This document shows, in pieces, positions 29,891-41,126 of a stretch of DNA of 64,000 bases (position 1 is the first letter of the stretch; every line of letters starts with the position of its first letter). The notes beneath the pieces were generated by a model. The model had not been told where the DNA came from, did not search any database, and saw nothing but the letters and a program-made list of their open reading frames with translations. The stretch is from an uncultured archaeon (GTDB taxonomy: Archaea > Thermoproteota > Nitrososphaeria > Nitrososphaerales > Gagatemarchaeaceae): contig CAWFOU010000007.1 in the NCBI GenBank assembly GCA_963817525.1, positions 224,001-288,000 of the forward strand. Direction: 5' to 3'. The position numbers and the translations under genes are program-made.

Positions 29891-31420
29891 CTAAGTCTTG
29901 GGCTTGCCCGAGTCCTTCTCGGCGGAAGGAGCCATCATGGGCGTGGCCTCTACCACGGTGGGTGGAAGGTCGGTGTACTCCACCTCACCGTGGATGGCCG
30001 GGTCTCCCTTCTCCAGGATGTCCGGCGGGTATTGCAGGGGCACTACCATGCCGATCACCTTCAGGAGGACGAAGGTCACCACGAAGACGTAGACCAGCAC
30101 CCATGCAGCCCCGAAGGCCTGCAGCGCGAGCTGCATGGGGTTGCCGTAGGCCAAGCCCACTAGCGAGGGGTCGATGTACTTGGTGACCACCGGGTCGGCC
30201 AGGATGCCGGTCAGGAGGCCGCCAGTGATCCCCGCCACCCCGTGCGCCGGGAAGACGCCCATGGCGTCGTCTATCGTCTGTCCGCGTATCTTTAGCCTCG
30301 GAGACAGGTACATCAGCGACAGGTACGGAATAGTTCCTGCCGCGATTCCGATTATGAGCGCACCGTATCCGTCCACGTACCCGGCCGCCGGCGTAATTGC
30401 GACCAAGCCCGTGATGCAAGCCGTCGCAGCGCCAACGCTGGTTGGCTTGCCGAGGAACTTGTAATCCATGAGTATCCATGCGGCTACGCTCGAGGCCGCT
30501 GCGAGCTCGGTGTTGAGCACCGCGACTGCCGCATCGACTGTCGCGCCGTACGGGTCGCCTCCGTTGAACCCGTTCCAGCCGAGCCAGATTATGCCCGCGC
30601 CTATCATAACGTAACCGAGGCTGCTCGGACGGATGTTTCGATCTCTTACCAGTCTGGGGCCTACGGCTATGGCAGAGGCGAGCGCGGCAGTCCCGGCCGA
30701 AAGGTGGATGACGTAACCGCCCGAGAAGTCCACGATGCCCATCTGATTGAGCCAGCCACCCGCGAACAGCCAGTATGCGAGGGGGCTGTAGACCAGGAAA
30801 GACCAGAGCGGGACGAAAATCATCCAGGCTTTGAAGTTCATCCTCTCCATGACGGCGCCCACGAACAGGGCGGGGGTGATCGCAGCGAAGACGAACTGGA
30901 AGAAGATGATGGTGGAGGTGGGGACGTTGACGATCGCTTGCCCAGGACCTATGACCGCCTGTCCAGCCTGAAAAATCCCGTTCCAAGCAACTCCGGGGAT
31001 GCCGAAGATTGCGTACTTGCCAATCTGAAGAGAGATTCCGGTGCCGAACCCGAACTGGTAGCCAACCACCATGAACTCCACGAGGACGGCCGCGAAGGCG
31101 TAGAAGACCATCATCATTGTGTTGACCTGGAAGCGCTTCTTGGAGAGGCCTCCGTAGAAGATGACCAGTCCCGGAAGGCTCTGCAGGCCCACGAAGGTGG
31201 CCGCGGTGAGCATCCACGAGTTGCTGCCCGTGTCCAGCCAGGAGGGCACGGCAGCAGGCGGATAGGAGTTCAGGTTAGCGGGCGGTGTGTAAGTCGTGGA
31301 GGTGGTGTTTGCCACTTGGGCGAACGCCGGGTGGGCGCTTACCACGTACATCACGACCGCCAGTGCTATCGCGGCGATTGTGTATCTGCTCGCGAGGAAC
31401 CTCGTCAAACTAGTTGACAT
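29891..31420 (-). CDS. amt: ammonium transporter
   Basis: [40 protein letters not shown]...HG. Confidence 0.96.
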   Translation of the reverse strand: MSTSLTRFLASRYTIAAIALAVVMYVVSAHPAFAQVANTTSTTYTPPANLNSYPPAAVPSWLDTGSNSWMLTAATFVGLQSLPGLVIFYGGLSKKRFQVNTMMMVFYAFAAVLVEFMVVGYQFGFGTGISLQIGKYAIFGIPGVAWNGIFQAGQAVIGPGQAIVNVPTSTIIFFQFVFAAITPALFVGAVMERMNFKAWMIFVPLWSFLVYSPLAYWLFAGGWLNQMGIVDFSGGYVIHLSAGTAALASAIAVGPRLVRDRNIRPSSLGYVMIGAGIIWLGWNGFNGGDPYGATVDAAVAVLNTELAAASSVAAWILMDYKFLGKPTSVGAATACITGLVAITPAAGYVDGYGALIIGIAAGTIPYLSLMYLSPRLKIRGQTIDDAMGVFPAHGVAGITGGLLTGILADPVVTKYIDPSLVGLAYGNPMQLALQAFGAAWVLVYVFVVTFVLLKVIGMVVPLQYPPDILEKGDPAIHGEVEYTDLPPTVVEATPMMAPSAEKDSGKPKT

Positions 31421-31497
31421 GCTTTCAGCAGGAACTGGATTCGTTCACTTCGCCGGGGCTTACCTTTCAGATTATTTAAATTTATACCGCTTGACTG

Positions 31498-31543
31498 GCC
31501 ATATGATTAGCATGCCCACTGAAAATCAGCCATATGTTTAGCA
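31498..31543. promoter_or_regulatory. tandem putative operator GCCATATGWTTAGCA x2 upstream of the amt TATA box
   Basis: 15-mers at 31498-31512 and 31529-31543, 1 mismatch, 31-bp period. Confidence 0.6.
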
Positions 31544-31664
31544 CCAAACCCGACAATTTGCATGACGATGTTAAAATCACGCTCCGGGAGCGGGCGTTCT
31601 TCCTAGCGGACGCCCTGCGCTCCTCTGATAGGCCCGAGCCGCCGGCTCAGAATCGCGGTCAAGG

Positions 31665-32327
31665 ATGGCCGAATGTAAAGACCCGAGCCGTATTTTTAAA
31701 CAACCGTTCGGAGATGGCGGCGTGGACGCCCGGGCCTTGAAGCGGGCAGGCACATGCATGTTCGTCGGGACGGGGCAGTTCGCCTTCTTCTTCGTCTTGG
31801 CCGAGATCTACTACCCGGGCTACGACGTCTCGACCAACTTCATCAGCGACCTAGGCGCGACGTGCAGAAGCGGGGTCTGCAAGTTCGTGCAGCCCTCCTC
31901 TGACATATTCAACGTCTCGATAGTGTTGCTTGGCGTGACCCTCCTCTTCGCGGCCTACTACCTTCTGAAGGGCTCGGGGTCGAGGGCCATCTCCCTCTTC
32001 GACACGCTGGCGGGGATCGGGGCGATGGGGGTCGGGATCTTCAACGAGAGCTTCGGGTCGGCGCACGTGTTCTTCTCGGCCTTCACCTTCGTGGCCGCGG
32101 GCATCCAGGCGCTCCTTGTCTTCAGGGTGGCGAAGGCGCCCTTTTCTCTCTTCGCGGCGCTCACGGGGCTGGTGACGCTCGTGGCGACGGTCCTATACGG
32201 CACGGACACGTACATCGGGCTGGGCCAGGGAGGGATGGAGAGGATGGTCGTGTACCCCGTGCTCATCGGCGGGGTGGCCTTCGGAGGCTATCTGATGGCC
32301 CTCGGCGACGCTCAGATTCTCCGTTAG
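31665..32327 (+). CDS. DUF998 membrane protein
   Basis: YPGYDVSTNFISDLG, GVGIF, GGMERM. Confidence 0.85.
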   Translation: MAECKDPSRIFKQPFGDGGVDARALKRAGTCMFVGTGQFAFFFVLAEIYYPGYDVSTNFISDLGATCRSGVCKFVQPSSDIFNVSIVLLGVTLLFAAYYLLKGSGSRAISLFDTLAGIGAMGVGIFNESFGSAHVFFSAFTFVAAGIQALLVFRVAKAPFSLFAALTGLVTLVATVLYGTDTYIGLGQGGMERMVVYPVLIGGVAFGGYLMALGDAQILR

Positions 32328-32379
32328 AGTCTCCGTCCAAGCAAGCGCTATAAGGCCCACGCGGAGCAACGCGGAAGAC

Positions 32380-33184
32380 ATGGGCGACACGGAGCATTCC
32401 AAGGAGAGGCTACTCCCTAGTCCCCCGCAACAAGTACCTGGCTGTCGTCGCCTTCGCCGTCCTGTGCCTCAGCGCGGTGGGGCTCGCGGACGCGTCCCTG
32501 CTGCCCTTCGAGTCCTGCCTGGGCGGGGCGCGGTCTCCTCGGGCTCGCTCTTCTCCATGGACGTCCTCACGTCCTTCCTGAACATCGGATACGCGGGGCT
32601 GTTCCTCCTGATGGCGATGGAGAGCACGGCGTTCCCCGTCCCCAGCGAGGTGGTCCTGCCCGTTCGCGGGCTACCTGGTCTTCCTCGGCAAGATGAACCT
32701 GGGGCTCGCCATCGTCGACGCCACGGCCGCGGGCCTGGCGGGTTCCCTAGTCGCATACTATCTGGGCTTGAAGCTCGGGAGGCCCGTCGTCTACGGGCTG
32801 CTGGTGAGGGCGGGCGTCCCTGCCTCCCATCTCGACGACGGGGAGCGCTGGGTCGACTCGAAGGGCGCCTGGAGCGTCTTCGTCGGTAGGTTCATCCCCG
32901 GCGTCAGGTCGGTGATATCCATCCCCGCAGGCGTCCTCAGGATGAAGCTCTGGCCGTTCGTGGTCCTGACGACCGTCGGCTCGTTCGTCTGGTCCGCTTT
33001 CCTCATCTATCTTGGCTACTCGGCGGGCTCACTCTGGCGGAGCTCCCTCGACACTCTCTCCGCCTATGCGGACCAGGCCGCCCTAGTCTTGGTCGCGGTC
33101 CTCTCGGTGCTCTACGTGGCCTATTACCTCGCGAGCCCGAGGCGCAAGTGGATAGTGCGTCTGGGATGGCATCTAGCAGCCTGA
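32380..33184 (+). CDS. DedA family protein (frameshifted)
   Basis: ESTAFPVPSEVVLP, GRFIPGVRSVISIPAG. Confidence 0.85.
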
Positions 33185-33655
33185 GCGGAAGGTTCTCGGC
33201 GGCATACCACCACTCGTTCGTCGAAGTTCGCCGTGGTCGGCCTGATCGGGGTGGGCGTGAACGAGGGGCTGCTCATCTTCCTAGACAAGTCCATGGGGGT
33301 CAACCTCCTCGCCGCCGGGGCGATCGCCATCGAGGTCTCGATCCTCTCGAACTTCGTCCTCAACGACCTCTGGACCTTCAGGGACAGGAGGACGGGCCGC
33401 GCCGCGGTCAGGCTGGCGAAGTTCAACGCCCTGATGTTGGCGGGCCTGGTGGTCAACCTCGGGGTCCTCGACCTCGGCACGGCCTACCTCGGGATCGATG
33501 CGGCGGTCTCCAACCTGGTGGGCATCGCGGCCGCCTTCTTCCTAAGGTACGCGCTCAGCGTGAAGTACGCGTGGATGCGCGTCGAGTCGATAGAGGAGGG
33601 TCAGCCCGCGGGCGTCGACAAGCCCCTCGCGGGTCCCGAGGCACCCCAGGCCTAG
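33166..33655 (+). CDS. GtrA family protein, frameshift near 33222
   Basis: KFAVVG..G..VNEG, SNFVLNDLWTF. Confidence 0.85.
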
Positions 33656-35043
33656 GACTTCTTCAGGGCGGCCGCGAGGTCGGACAGCACCTTCTTGGCG
33701 TCCCCGAAGATCATCCACGTGTTGGGGAGGTAGAAGAGCTCGTTGTCCGACCCGGAGAAGCCTGGGCTCATGGAGCGCTTGATGAATATGACCGTCTTCG
33801 CCTTGTCTACGTTCATTATCGGCATGCCGTAGAGGGGCGAGTCTGGCTTTGTGCGGGCCGCCGGGTTGGTCACGTCGTTGGCGCCGACCACTATGACCAC
33901 GTCGGTCTCCGGGAATTCCGGGTTGATCTTCTCCATCTCCCAGAACTGGTCGTAGGGCACGTTGGCCTCCGCGAGGAGGACGTTCATGTGCCCGGGCATC
34001 CTTCCGGCCACCGGGTGGATGCCGTACTTGACGTCGATGCCCTTCTCCTGCAGCAGGTCGGTGACCTCCTTGACCGTGTGCTGGGCCTGGGCCACGGCCA
34101 TGCCGTAGCCTGGGACGATGACCACAGAACGGGCGTTCTCCAGGATGGTGGCGGCGTCGTCGGCGGTGAGCGACTGGACAGGGCGGGCCTGCACTGTCGC
34201 CGCTCCGGGAGCCCCCTTCACCACCTTCGCCCCGACCCCTCCGAAGAGGACGTTGGTGAAGGAGCGGTTCATGGCCTGGCTCATGATCAGCGCGAGGACG
34301 AAGCCCGAGGAGCCGTCGAGCGAGCCGGCGACTATGAGGAGCTTGTTGTTGAGGACGAAGCCTAGGCCTGCGGCCGACATGCCCGTGTAGGAGTTGAGGA
34401 TCGCGATGACCGTCGGCATGTCCGCGCCGCCGATCCCCATCACGAGCAGGAACCCAAACGCCAGCGCGAAGGCCGCCATTACTGGGAGGGCGAAGGTCTG
34501 CGAGGGCTCAGCGACCAGAAAGACCGCGATAGCGGCTGCGACCACGAGTATCGCGATGCTCACGTAGTTCTTCCCCGGATAGACGAACGGCCTGCCCGGG
34601 ATGAGCTCCTGGAGCTTTGCGAACGCGATGCAGCTGCCGGCGAAGGTCAGGAAGCCGAGTATCATCTCCGCCGAGAGGACCGAGAGCGTGAAGGCGTTGG
34701 CCGTGGTGTGGTAGTCGTAGAACTCGGCCGCGCCCACCAGTGCGACCGCCAGGGAGCCGAAGGCCTGGGAGACGGCTGTCCTCTGGGGGAGGGCCGTCGT
34801 CGCGACGCGCAGGGCGATGGGCGTGCCCACCACGAACCCCACGAGGATCCCGCCGATCAGGAGGTCAGTGCGGTGTATCGTGTAGGCGGCGAGGGTGGCG
34901 GCCACCCCGATGGCCATGCCGAGGGCCGCCGACCTTCCTCCCCACCTCGCGGTCTTGACGTCGCTCATGAACCTGAGCGAGAGGATGAAGAGGACTATCG
35001 CCGCGACGTAGAGCGCGAGGACGTAGGTGGGGTCGAGGGTCAA
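33652..35043 (-). CDS. pntB: NAD(P) transhydrogenase beta subunit
   Basis: IGGADMP, VPGYGMAVAQAQ, HPVAGRMPGHMNVLLAEA. Confidence 0.97.
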   Translation of the reverse strand: MTLDPTYVLALYVAAIVLFILSLRFMSDVKTARWGGRSAALGMAIGVAATLAAYTIHRTDLLIGGILVGFVVGTPIALRVATTALPQRTAVSQAFGSLAVALVGAAEFYDYHTTANAFTLSVLSAEMILGFLTFAGSCIAFAKLQELIPGRPFVYPGKNYVSIAILVVAAAIAVFLVAEPSQTFALPVMAAFALAFGFLLVMGIGGADMPTVIAILNSYTGMSAAGLGFVLNNKLLIVAGSLDGSSGFVLALIMSQAMNRSFTNVLFGGVGAKVVKGAPGAATVQARPVQSLTADDAATILENARSVVIVPGYGMAVAQAQHTVKEVTDLLQEKGIDVKYGIHPVAGRMPGHMNVLLAEANVPYDQFWEMEKINPEFPETDVVIVVGANDVTNPAARTKPDSPLYGMPIMNVDKAKTVIFIKRSMSPGFSGSDNELFYLPNTWMIFGDAKKVLSDLAAALKKS

Positions 35044-35414
35044 CTCGAAGGCTTCTCCTTTGGCTTCTCCTTCTGCCTGGGCTTGAAGAGGCGCACGATG
35101 CGCTCAACCAGTATGAAACCGCTGATGATGTTCGTCGAGGCGAGGGCGACTCCGACGGCGGCCAGTATGAGCAGCGTCGGGTTGGTGGTCTCGCTCAAGA
35201 CGATGAGCGCCGCTATCATCGAGACGGAGGAGATGGCGTTGGTGAGCGCCATTAGCGGGGTGTGGAGCAGCCTGGTGACGTGGCGGATGAGCTCGACGCC
35301 GAGGAACGTCGCCATGATGAACACGAGCAGGTTGGTCACGAGGTCCTCCGAGGTGTACGAGATGGGGCTCGTCGCCGACGACGTCGCGTTCGACGCCACT
35401 AGCTCGAGGAACAT
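35040..35414 (-). CDS. pntA: NAD(P) transhydrogenase alpha subunit part 2 (membrane)
   Basis: LHTPLMALTNAISS. Confidence 0.93.
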   Translation of the reverse strand: MFLELVASNATSSATSPISYTSEDLVTNLLVFIMATFLGVELIRHVTRLLHTPLMALTNAISSVSMIAALIVLSETTNPTLLILAAVGVALASTNIISGFILVERIVRLFKPRQKEKPKEKPSS

Positions 35415-35415
35415 G

Positions 35416-36616
35416 CTAGGACTTCGCTCCCGCGGAGGCAGGCGCCGCGGCCGGTGGGGGCGCTGGGTGGCGCCGGAGGCGCCCACGTCGGGTCTATCGC
35501 CTTGTGCGTCGCGACGTGAACGACTTCCCCGGCGTTGATCACCATCGCCCCCTTCACCACGTCGTCCTTGGGGTCGATGGCGAGCTTGCCGTCCTTGAGC
35601 ATTATCAGCAACAGAGACTGGACGTTCTTGGAGTACAGCTTGCTCGACTCGGGCGCCATCGTGGAGGGCAGGTTCAGCGGGCCGTGAATGGTGACTCCGT
35701 ATTTCACGACGGTCTTGCCCGGCTCTGTGACGGCGCAGTTGCCCTTTGCCTCCGCCGCGAGGTCGACGACGACTGAGCCCGGGCGCATCCCCTTCACGGC
35801 ATCCTCGGTGATTAGTATCGGGGCCCTCTGGTTGGGGATCAGGGCGGTCGTTATCACGACGTCCATGAGCTTGGCGCGCCCCGCGAGGAACTCCTGCTGC
35901 TTCCTGGTGAACTCCTCGCCCATCGCCTTGGCGTACCCGCCGGCGTCCTGGGCGTCCTTCGCCTCGACGGGCATCTCGGCGAACTTCGCGCCGAGGCTCA
36001 TGACCTGCTCCTTGACGACGGGCCTTACGTCGTAGGCCTCGACCACGGCCCCGAGCCTCTTCGCGGTCGCTATGGCCTGGAGGCCCGCCACGCCAGCCCC
36101 GAGGATGAAGACCTTGGCCGGGGAGATCGTGCCCGCGGCCGTCATCATGAGCGGGAAGACCTTGGGGACCGTGTCCGCGGCGAGGAGGACGGCTTTGTAT
36201 CCGGCGACGTTCGCCTGCGAGGAGAGGGCGTCCATGGGCTGCGCCCTGCTGATGCGGGGGACCAGCTCCATCGCGAAGGTGGTGGCCTTGCGGGAGGCCA
36301 GCTTCTTTACCGTCTCGAGGTTGGCGAGGGGGGAGAGGAACGAGATGGTCACGGCGCCCTCCTTGACGAGCGAGGCCTCGTCCGGGGTGAAGGGAGTCAC
36401 CTTCAGGAGGATGTCGGCCTGCGAGTAGAGGGCATTTTGGTCGCTGGCTATGGTCGCGCCGGCGGCCGTGTAGTCCGAGTCAGGGAAGCCGGCGTTCTCG
36501 CCCGCCCCCTTCTCGACGACCACGCTGATCCCAGGACCGAACTTGGAGACGCTCTCCGGGACGACGGAGACGCGCCTTTCGAGGGCCGCCGTCTCTTTCG
36601 GGACGCCGACTATCAA
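35416..36616 (-). CDS. pntA: NAD(P) transhydrogenase alpha subunit part 1, +1 frameshift in the Pro-rich tail
   Basis: GVPKE, ERRV, PRISRAQ, GAGVAGLQA, TTALIP. Confidence 0.95.
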
Positions 36617-36688
36617 TCGTTTAACCCCGACAGGCCTGCGCCATGGGGAATTAAGCTTAACCTTTGTCGCGCGCGTTTCGCGCCCGGG

Positions 36689-38050
36689 TCACTTGCCAAG
36701 GTAGTTCTCCAGCGTCTGCCCCAGCCACATCATCCCCTTCTCGAAGAAGTCGAGCCGGATGTTTTCGTTGGGGGAGTGCAGAGCGGAGTCGACGGGGGAG
36801 ATGCCGATGTCCAGCCCGGCGACGCCGTATCTCCTCGTGAAGATGTAGAGGGGGCCTGTCCCAGCGCTCGAGAGCTCTATCGCCGGGTCCTTCTGGAAGA
36901 CCTCCTTCGCCCCCTTTATCGCGGCCTGCGCGAGGTCGCTCTTGTAGCTGGTCCTGGCGGCGGGCTCCATGGTCTCCAACGCGATCTCCACGTCGCCGTA
37001 GCCGTTCGCCTTCAGGTAGGCGACGAGCTTTGCATAGAGCTCCTGCGGGTCCTGGTCGGGGACCAGCCGGAAGTCCATCTTGCAGTGGGCCTCCGCGGGG
37101 AGCACGGTCTTGCTCCCCGTGCCCGTGTACCCGGCCCAGATGCCGGCGATGTTGGCCGTCGGGCGCGCCACCAACGACTTCTTCGCCTGGGCGACCGACA
37201 TCCCTCCTGCGAACTCCTTGCTCCCGTAGGTCGTGAGGAGCTCCGAGGCCTCCGACGGCTGCTCGTCAAGTAGCTTGAGCTCGTCCTCGGCGAGGTCCTT
37301 GACCTTGTCATACCACCCCGGGATGAGGATCCTCTCGTGGGAGTCCTTGATGAGGCTGAGCATCCTGGTGAGCCTCCAGGCGGCGCTCGGGAGGGCAGCC
37401 GCGTACATGCTGTGGGCGTCCTGTGACAGGGCGCGGACGGTGAACTCGAGGTAGATCATCCCCTTGACGCCGAGCCCGACGACCGGGGTGCCGTCCGCCC
37501 CTATCTTCCCGTACTCCCAGATCACGGCGTCGGACTTGAAGAGGTCGGGGCTCTTGTTCACGTACTCCTCGAGGTGCGGGCTCCCCACCTCCTCCTCGCC
37601 CTCGAAGCAGAACTTCACGTTGCACGGCGGCTCCCCGTTCACGTTGACGTAGGCCTCGATGAGCTTGAGCCTCGCGACCAGCTCTCCCTTGTCATCGGAG
37701 ACGCCGCGCCCGTAGAGCCTGCCGTCTCTGACCTCCGGCTTGAACGGTGGCGACTTCCAGAGCTCGAGCGGGACCTCGGGCTGGACGTCGTAGTGGTTGT
37801 AGAACAAGACCGTCTTGGGAGACTTGCTGGACTTTAGCTCCCCGTAGACGAGGGGGGCGGCCCCCGGGAGCTGGAGGACCTTCGTCGTCCCGCCTATCTC
37901 CTCTATCATCGACTTTACTATGGCCGCGCACTCTGCGATCCCCTCCTTCCTCGCGGAGACGCTGGGCTGCGAGGCGAGCCGGACGATGTCCTTCACGAAC
38001 CTTTCCTGGTTCTCGTGGATGTAGTCGCCGACCTTCTTGTCGTGCACCAT
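36689..38050 (-). CDS. M20 family peptidase (ArgE/DapE-like)
   Basis: YNHYDVQP, GRGVSDDKG, EGEEEVGS, HSPNE. Confidence 0.92.
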   Translation of the reverse strand: MVHDKKVGDYIHENQERFVKDIVRLASQPSVSARKEGIAECAAIVKSMIEEIGGTTKVLQLPGAAPLVYGELKSSKSPKTVLFYNHYDVQPEVPLELWKSPPFKPEVRDGRLYGRGVSDDKGELVARLKLIEAYVNVNGEPPCNVKFCFEGEEEVGSPHLEEYVNKSPDLFKSDAVIWEYGKIGADGTPVVGLGVKGMIYLEFTVRALSQDAHSMYAAALPSAAWRLTRMLSLIKDSHERILIPGWYDKVKDLAEDELKLLDEQPSEASELLTTYGSKEFAGGMSVAQAKKSLVARPTANIAGIWAGYTGTGSKTVLPAEAHCKMDFRLVPDQDPQELYAKLVAYLKANGYGDVEIALETMEPAARTSYKSDLAQAAIKGAKEVFQKDPAIELSSAGTGPLYIFTRRYGVAGLDIGISPVDSALHSPNENIRLDFFEKGMMWLGQTLENYLGK

Positions 38051-38109
38051 CTGAGGTTCTGCGGGCGTCGCCCCGCTGCGCCAATTAAGCTTTAGACCGG
38101 GGAGCGGAG

Positions 38110-38815
38110 TCAGGAGATCTTCAGGAGCCCGTCGCCGTCGACCTTCATGGTGGTCTCGGGGCTCTTGGGGTCGAGCACGGACACCCCTCCGCTCACCAGC
38201 CAGCTGTGGAACCCTCCGCCCCCGCTGGGCGCCTTGATCTTGTGGGAAGAGTGGATGGAAAGGGTCCTGGTCTTCTCGGTGAAGTCCCTGCCGTCGACCT
38301 TGATCTTCAGCTTCTCGCGATTTGGTGTCTCGAAACGGACCTCGCGGGTGAACCTTCGGTATAGGCTGGCGATTATCAGGGCAAAGGCGATCATGACGCC
38401 GCTGTCGAGCCCGTTCATGATGGCCCTGGTCGTTTCGTTGACCGAGATCCCGGCGAGCCCGAAGAGGAGCAGCAAGAGGAGCATCAGTATCGCCACGGCG
38501 GCGGCCCGGGCTCGGTAGCCTCCGCCGGGGAGGTACTCGAAGTACATCCCGTATAGCGTCCCGAAGAGTATCGCGACGACGCCCGCTGGGAGGATGACGT
38601 CGAAAGGTATCCCCACCGTCACGGCATTGGAGAAGCAGGTCTGCGCCGCCGTCGCGCTGGAGCATGTGGAGTAAGTCGCCTGCAGCGACCGCGAGGACGG
38701 AGCCCTTCGATGCCTCGAGCAGGGCGAAGTTCAGGGCCCCGACCGCCAGCCCGAAGAAGGAGCCCCCCACTAGGCCGGCCTTCAAACCGGCAATCGCAGA
38801 AGCCGACTCGCTCAA
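38110..38815 (-). CDS. membrane protein with a C-terminal beta domain, frameshift near 38687
   Basis: Two hydrophobic frames join at GTCG. Confidence 0.6.
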
Positions 38816-38833
38816 CCCCTGCCGTGCGTCAAA

Positions 38834-39304
38834 TCAGGAGAGGGCCTGGAGGACTTCCTGCTCGTGGCCGTCGACCTTTACCTTTCTGAAGACCTTCCTT
38901 ATCTTCCCGTCCTTGCCTATCACGAACGTGGACCGCTCGGTCCCCCAGTACTTCTTCCCGTAGTTCTCCTTCTCCACCCACGTCCCGTAGAGGTTGTTCA
39001 CCTTCAGGTCCTCGTCGCTGAGGAGGGTGAAGTTGAGCCCGTACTTGTTGATGAACTTCGAGTGCGAATCGAGCGAGTCCTTGCTCACCCCGAGGACGAC
39101 CGCGTCCACCTTCCCGAACTTCGGGAGGTTGTCCCTGAAGGAGCAGGCCTCCTTGGTGCAGCCGGGGGTGTCGTCCGCCGGGTAGAAGTAGAGGACGACG
39201 TTCTTGCCCCTCAGGTCGCTCAGCTTGACGCTCTCCCCGCTGGAGGATGGCAGGGAGAAGTCGGGCGCGACGTCGCCCGCGGCGAGCTCGTGCTTCGATG
39301 ACAT
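38834..39304 (-). CDS. bcp: peroxiredoxin Bcp
   Basis: YFYPADDTPGCTKEAC, ERSTFVI. Confidence 0.95.
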   Translation of the reverse strand: MSSKHELAAGDVAPDFSLPSSSGESVKLSDLRGKNVVLYFYPADDTPGCTKEACSFRDNLPKFGKVDAVVLGVSKDSLDSHSKFINKYGLNFTLLSDEDLKVNNLYGTWVEKENYGKKYWGTERSTFVIGKDGKIRKVFRKVKVDGHEQEVLQALS

Positions 39305-39358
39305 GATGCTGCGAGCCGGTCGGCTGGCTGCCACTAGTAAAGCTTGGCGGGGAGCGCG

Positions 39359-39727
39359 CTACGGCGAGACTATCTGCGCGTTTATCTGCTTCCGGCTCGC
39401 GAAGCCCTCGCTCTGGGTGTGCCAGAACTCGATGCTCGACTCGCCGTATTTCCAGCAGAGGTAGACCACCTCGCCGAACCTCTTCGCGGGGAAGTCGAGG
39501 AGGCCGGTGTCGATGTCCCTGAGCTTCACGCCGAGGTCCTCGAGCTCCTGGATGTTCGCCATGAGGTCCTTCACCACCGAGTCGAGCTGGTCGGTCTTCT
39601 GCCTCGCCTCTGGGACCTCAAAGCCCACGAGGCTGAAGCGCTCGATCTCGTCCCTCAGGCTGTCCGCGACCTTCTTCCTCTCCATTATCGACTTTAGTCT
39701 CAGCTTGACGTCAGGGAGCATGCGCAT
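39359..39727 (-). CDS. DUF2203 family protein
   Basis: LRDIDTGLLDFP, VYLCWKYGE, GFASR. Confidence 0.88.
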   Translation of the reverse strand: MRMLPDVKLRLKSIMERKKVADSLRDEIERFSLVGFEVPEARQKTDQLDSVVKDLMANIQELEDLGVKLRDIDTGLLDFPAKRFGEVVYLCWKYGESSIEFWHTQSEGFASRKQINAQIVSP

Positions 39728-40063
39728 CGCTTCTTGAGGAGTGAAGAGATGAGCAGGCTCATCTTTCGAAGATGCTGTAGGCGTCTATATCCCTCAGGAC
39801 AGATGTCTAAGAAAGATTAGCATATATCCCTTCGGTGAAAGAAATGTGAAAACACAAGGCCAAAATTTATTGATAAGCGGTCTTGAATGCTCGCATTTAT
39901 CGGCGTCCGCCGGCTTCGCGGACCGCGGGTCCGGAAAGAAAACGGCGCTTTCTCCGAGAAGGCTTATGTCGCACTGCGCCCGGATGCGGATGAGGGCAAA
40001 GCATGGCTCGTCTCGAGGAGGGGCGCGAGGAAGACGGCTGACAAGAAGCCTTCCCTGCGGACG

Positions 40064-40492
40064 ATGCGCGTCGCTGAGGTCATGACCAAGGGGGTCAAGA
40101 CGGTCGAGAGCGGCAGGACGCTCGAGGACAGCCTCACGCTCATGGTGGCCAACGACATCGGGTGCGTCGTCGTGACGGAAGAGGGGTCGCCCGTCGGCAT
40201 ATTCACCGAGCGAGACGTGCTGAGGAGGGCCGCCCAAGGGCAGGAGAGGCTCCAGCTGGCGATGAAGGAGGTTATGAGCAAGCCCCTGGTCACGGTCGCG
40301 CCGACAGCCACCATCTGGGAGGCGATGGAGTCGATGAGCGCCAGCAAGGTCAGGCACCTCCCCGTGGTAGACGGCGGGGCCCTCGTCGGCATCCTGACCC
40401 AGAGGGACATGTTTCGCCTCTTCTTCTCCTACAAGGAGCTGCTGCTCTCGGCGATAAACCTGGAAGAGATGCGGCGCTTCATGATGGAGTGA
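40064..40492 (+). CDS. CBS domain pair protein
   Basis: VAEVMT, GIFTERD, VRHLPVV, GILTQRD. Confidence 0.9.
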   Translation: MRVAEVMTKGVKTVESGRTLEDSLTLMVANDIGCVVVTEEGSPVGIFTERDVLRRAAQGQERLQLAMKEVMSKPLVTVAPTATIWEAMESMSASKVRHLPVVDGGALVGILTQRDMFRLFFSYKELLLSAINLEEMRRFMME

Positions 40493-40555
40493 GCGGCGGC
40501 CTGCGCTCCAGGGAGGAGACGGGGCTCCAACGACTTAAGTAGATTCGCCGCCGGG

Positions 40556-41113
40556 ATGAAAGTGGGACAATCCTTGTACACCAGGGGCGGAGACAAAGGC
40601 GAGACCAGCCTCTACGGGCCGAACAGGGTCCCGAAGGACTCCCCCAGGGTCGACGCCTACGGCACGATAGACGAGCTCAACTGCTGCATCGGCGTGGCGC
40701 TCGCGGGCTGCAGGCACAAGGAGATCTCAAAGCCCCTCAAGCGCGTCCAGGCCGAGCTCTTCACCGCCGGCGCGGACCTCGCGACCGAGTTCTCCCTCAA
40801 GGCGATGGCCCGCGTCCCCAGGATAACGAAGAAGGACACCGAGAGGCTCGAGAGGACGGTAGACGAGCTGCAGGGCAAGCTTCCCAAGCTCACGACGTTC
40901 ATCCTCCCCGGGGGGAGCCAGCTCTCCTCCTCGCTCCACCTCGCGAGGGCAGTTTGCAGGAGGGCGGAGAGGAAGGTCGTGACCCTCGGCCGGTCCGAGA
41001 AGATAAACCCGGAGATGGTCCCGTACCTCAACAGGCTCTCCACCTGCCTCTTCAACATGGCTCGCTACGCGAACGCGCTGGAAGGGGTGAAGGACGAGGT
41101 CTGGAAGAGATGA
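40556..41113 (+). CDS. pduO: cob(I)alamin adenosyltransferase, PduO type
   Basis: YTRGGDKGETSL, AYGTIDELN, FILPGG, RRAER, YLNRLS. Confidence 0.93.
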   Translation: MKVGQSLYTRGGDKGETSLYGPNRVPKDSPRVDAYGTIDELNCCIGVALAGCRHKEISKPLKRVQAELFTAGADLATEFSLKAMARVPRITKKDTERLERTVDELQGKLPKLTTFILPGGSQLSSSLHLARAVCRRAERKVVTLGRSEKINPEMVPYLNRLSTCLFNMARYANALEGVKDEVWKR

Positions 41114-41126
41114 CCGAGCGGTCGCC

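Noticed and set aside
36689-38815. Apparent 708-aa membrane protein-M20 peptidase fusion
   Set aside because: Created by a frameshift in the upstream membrane gene. The peptidase has its own ATG (38050) and a TATA-like element.
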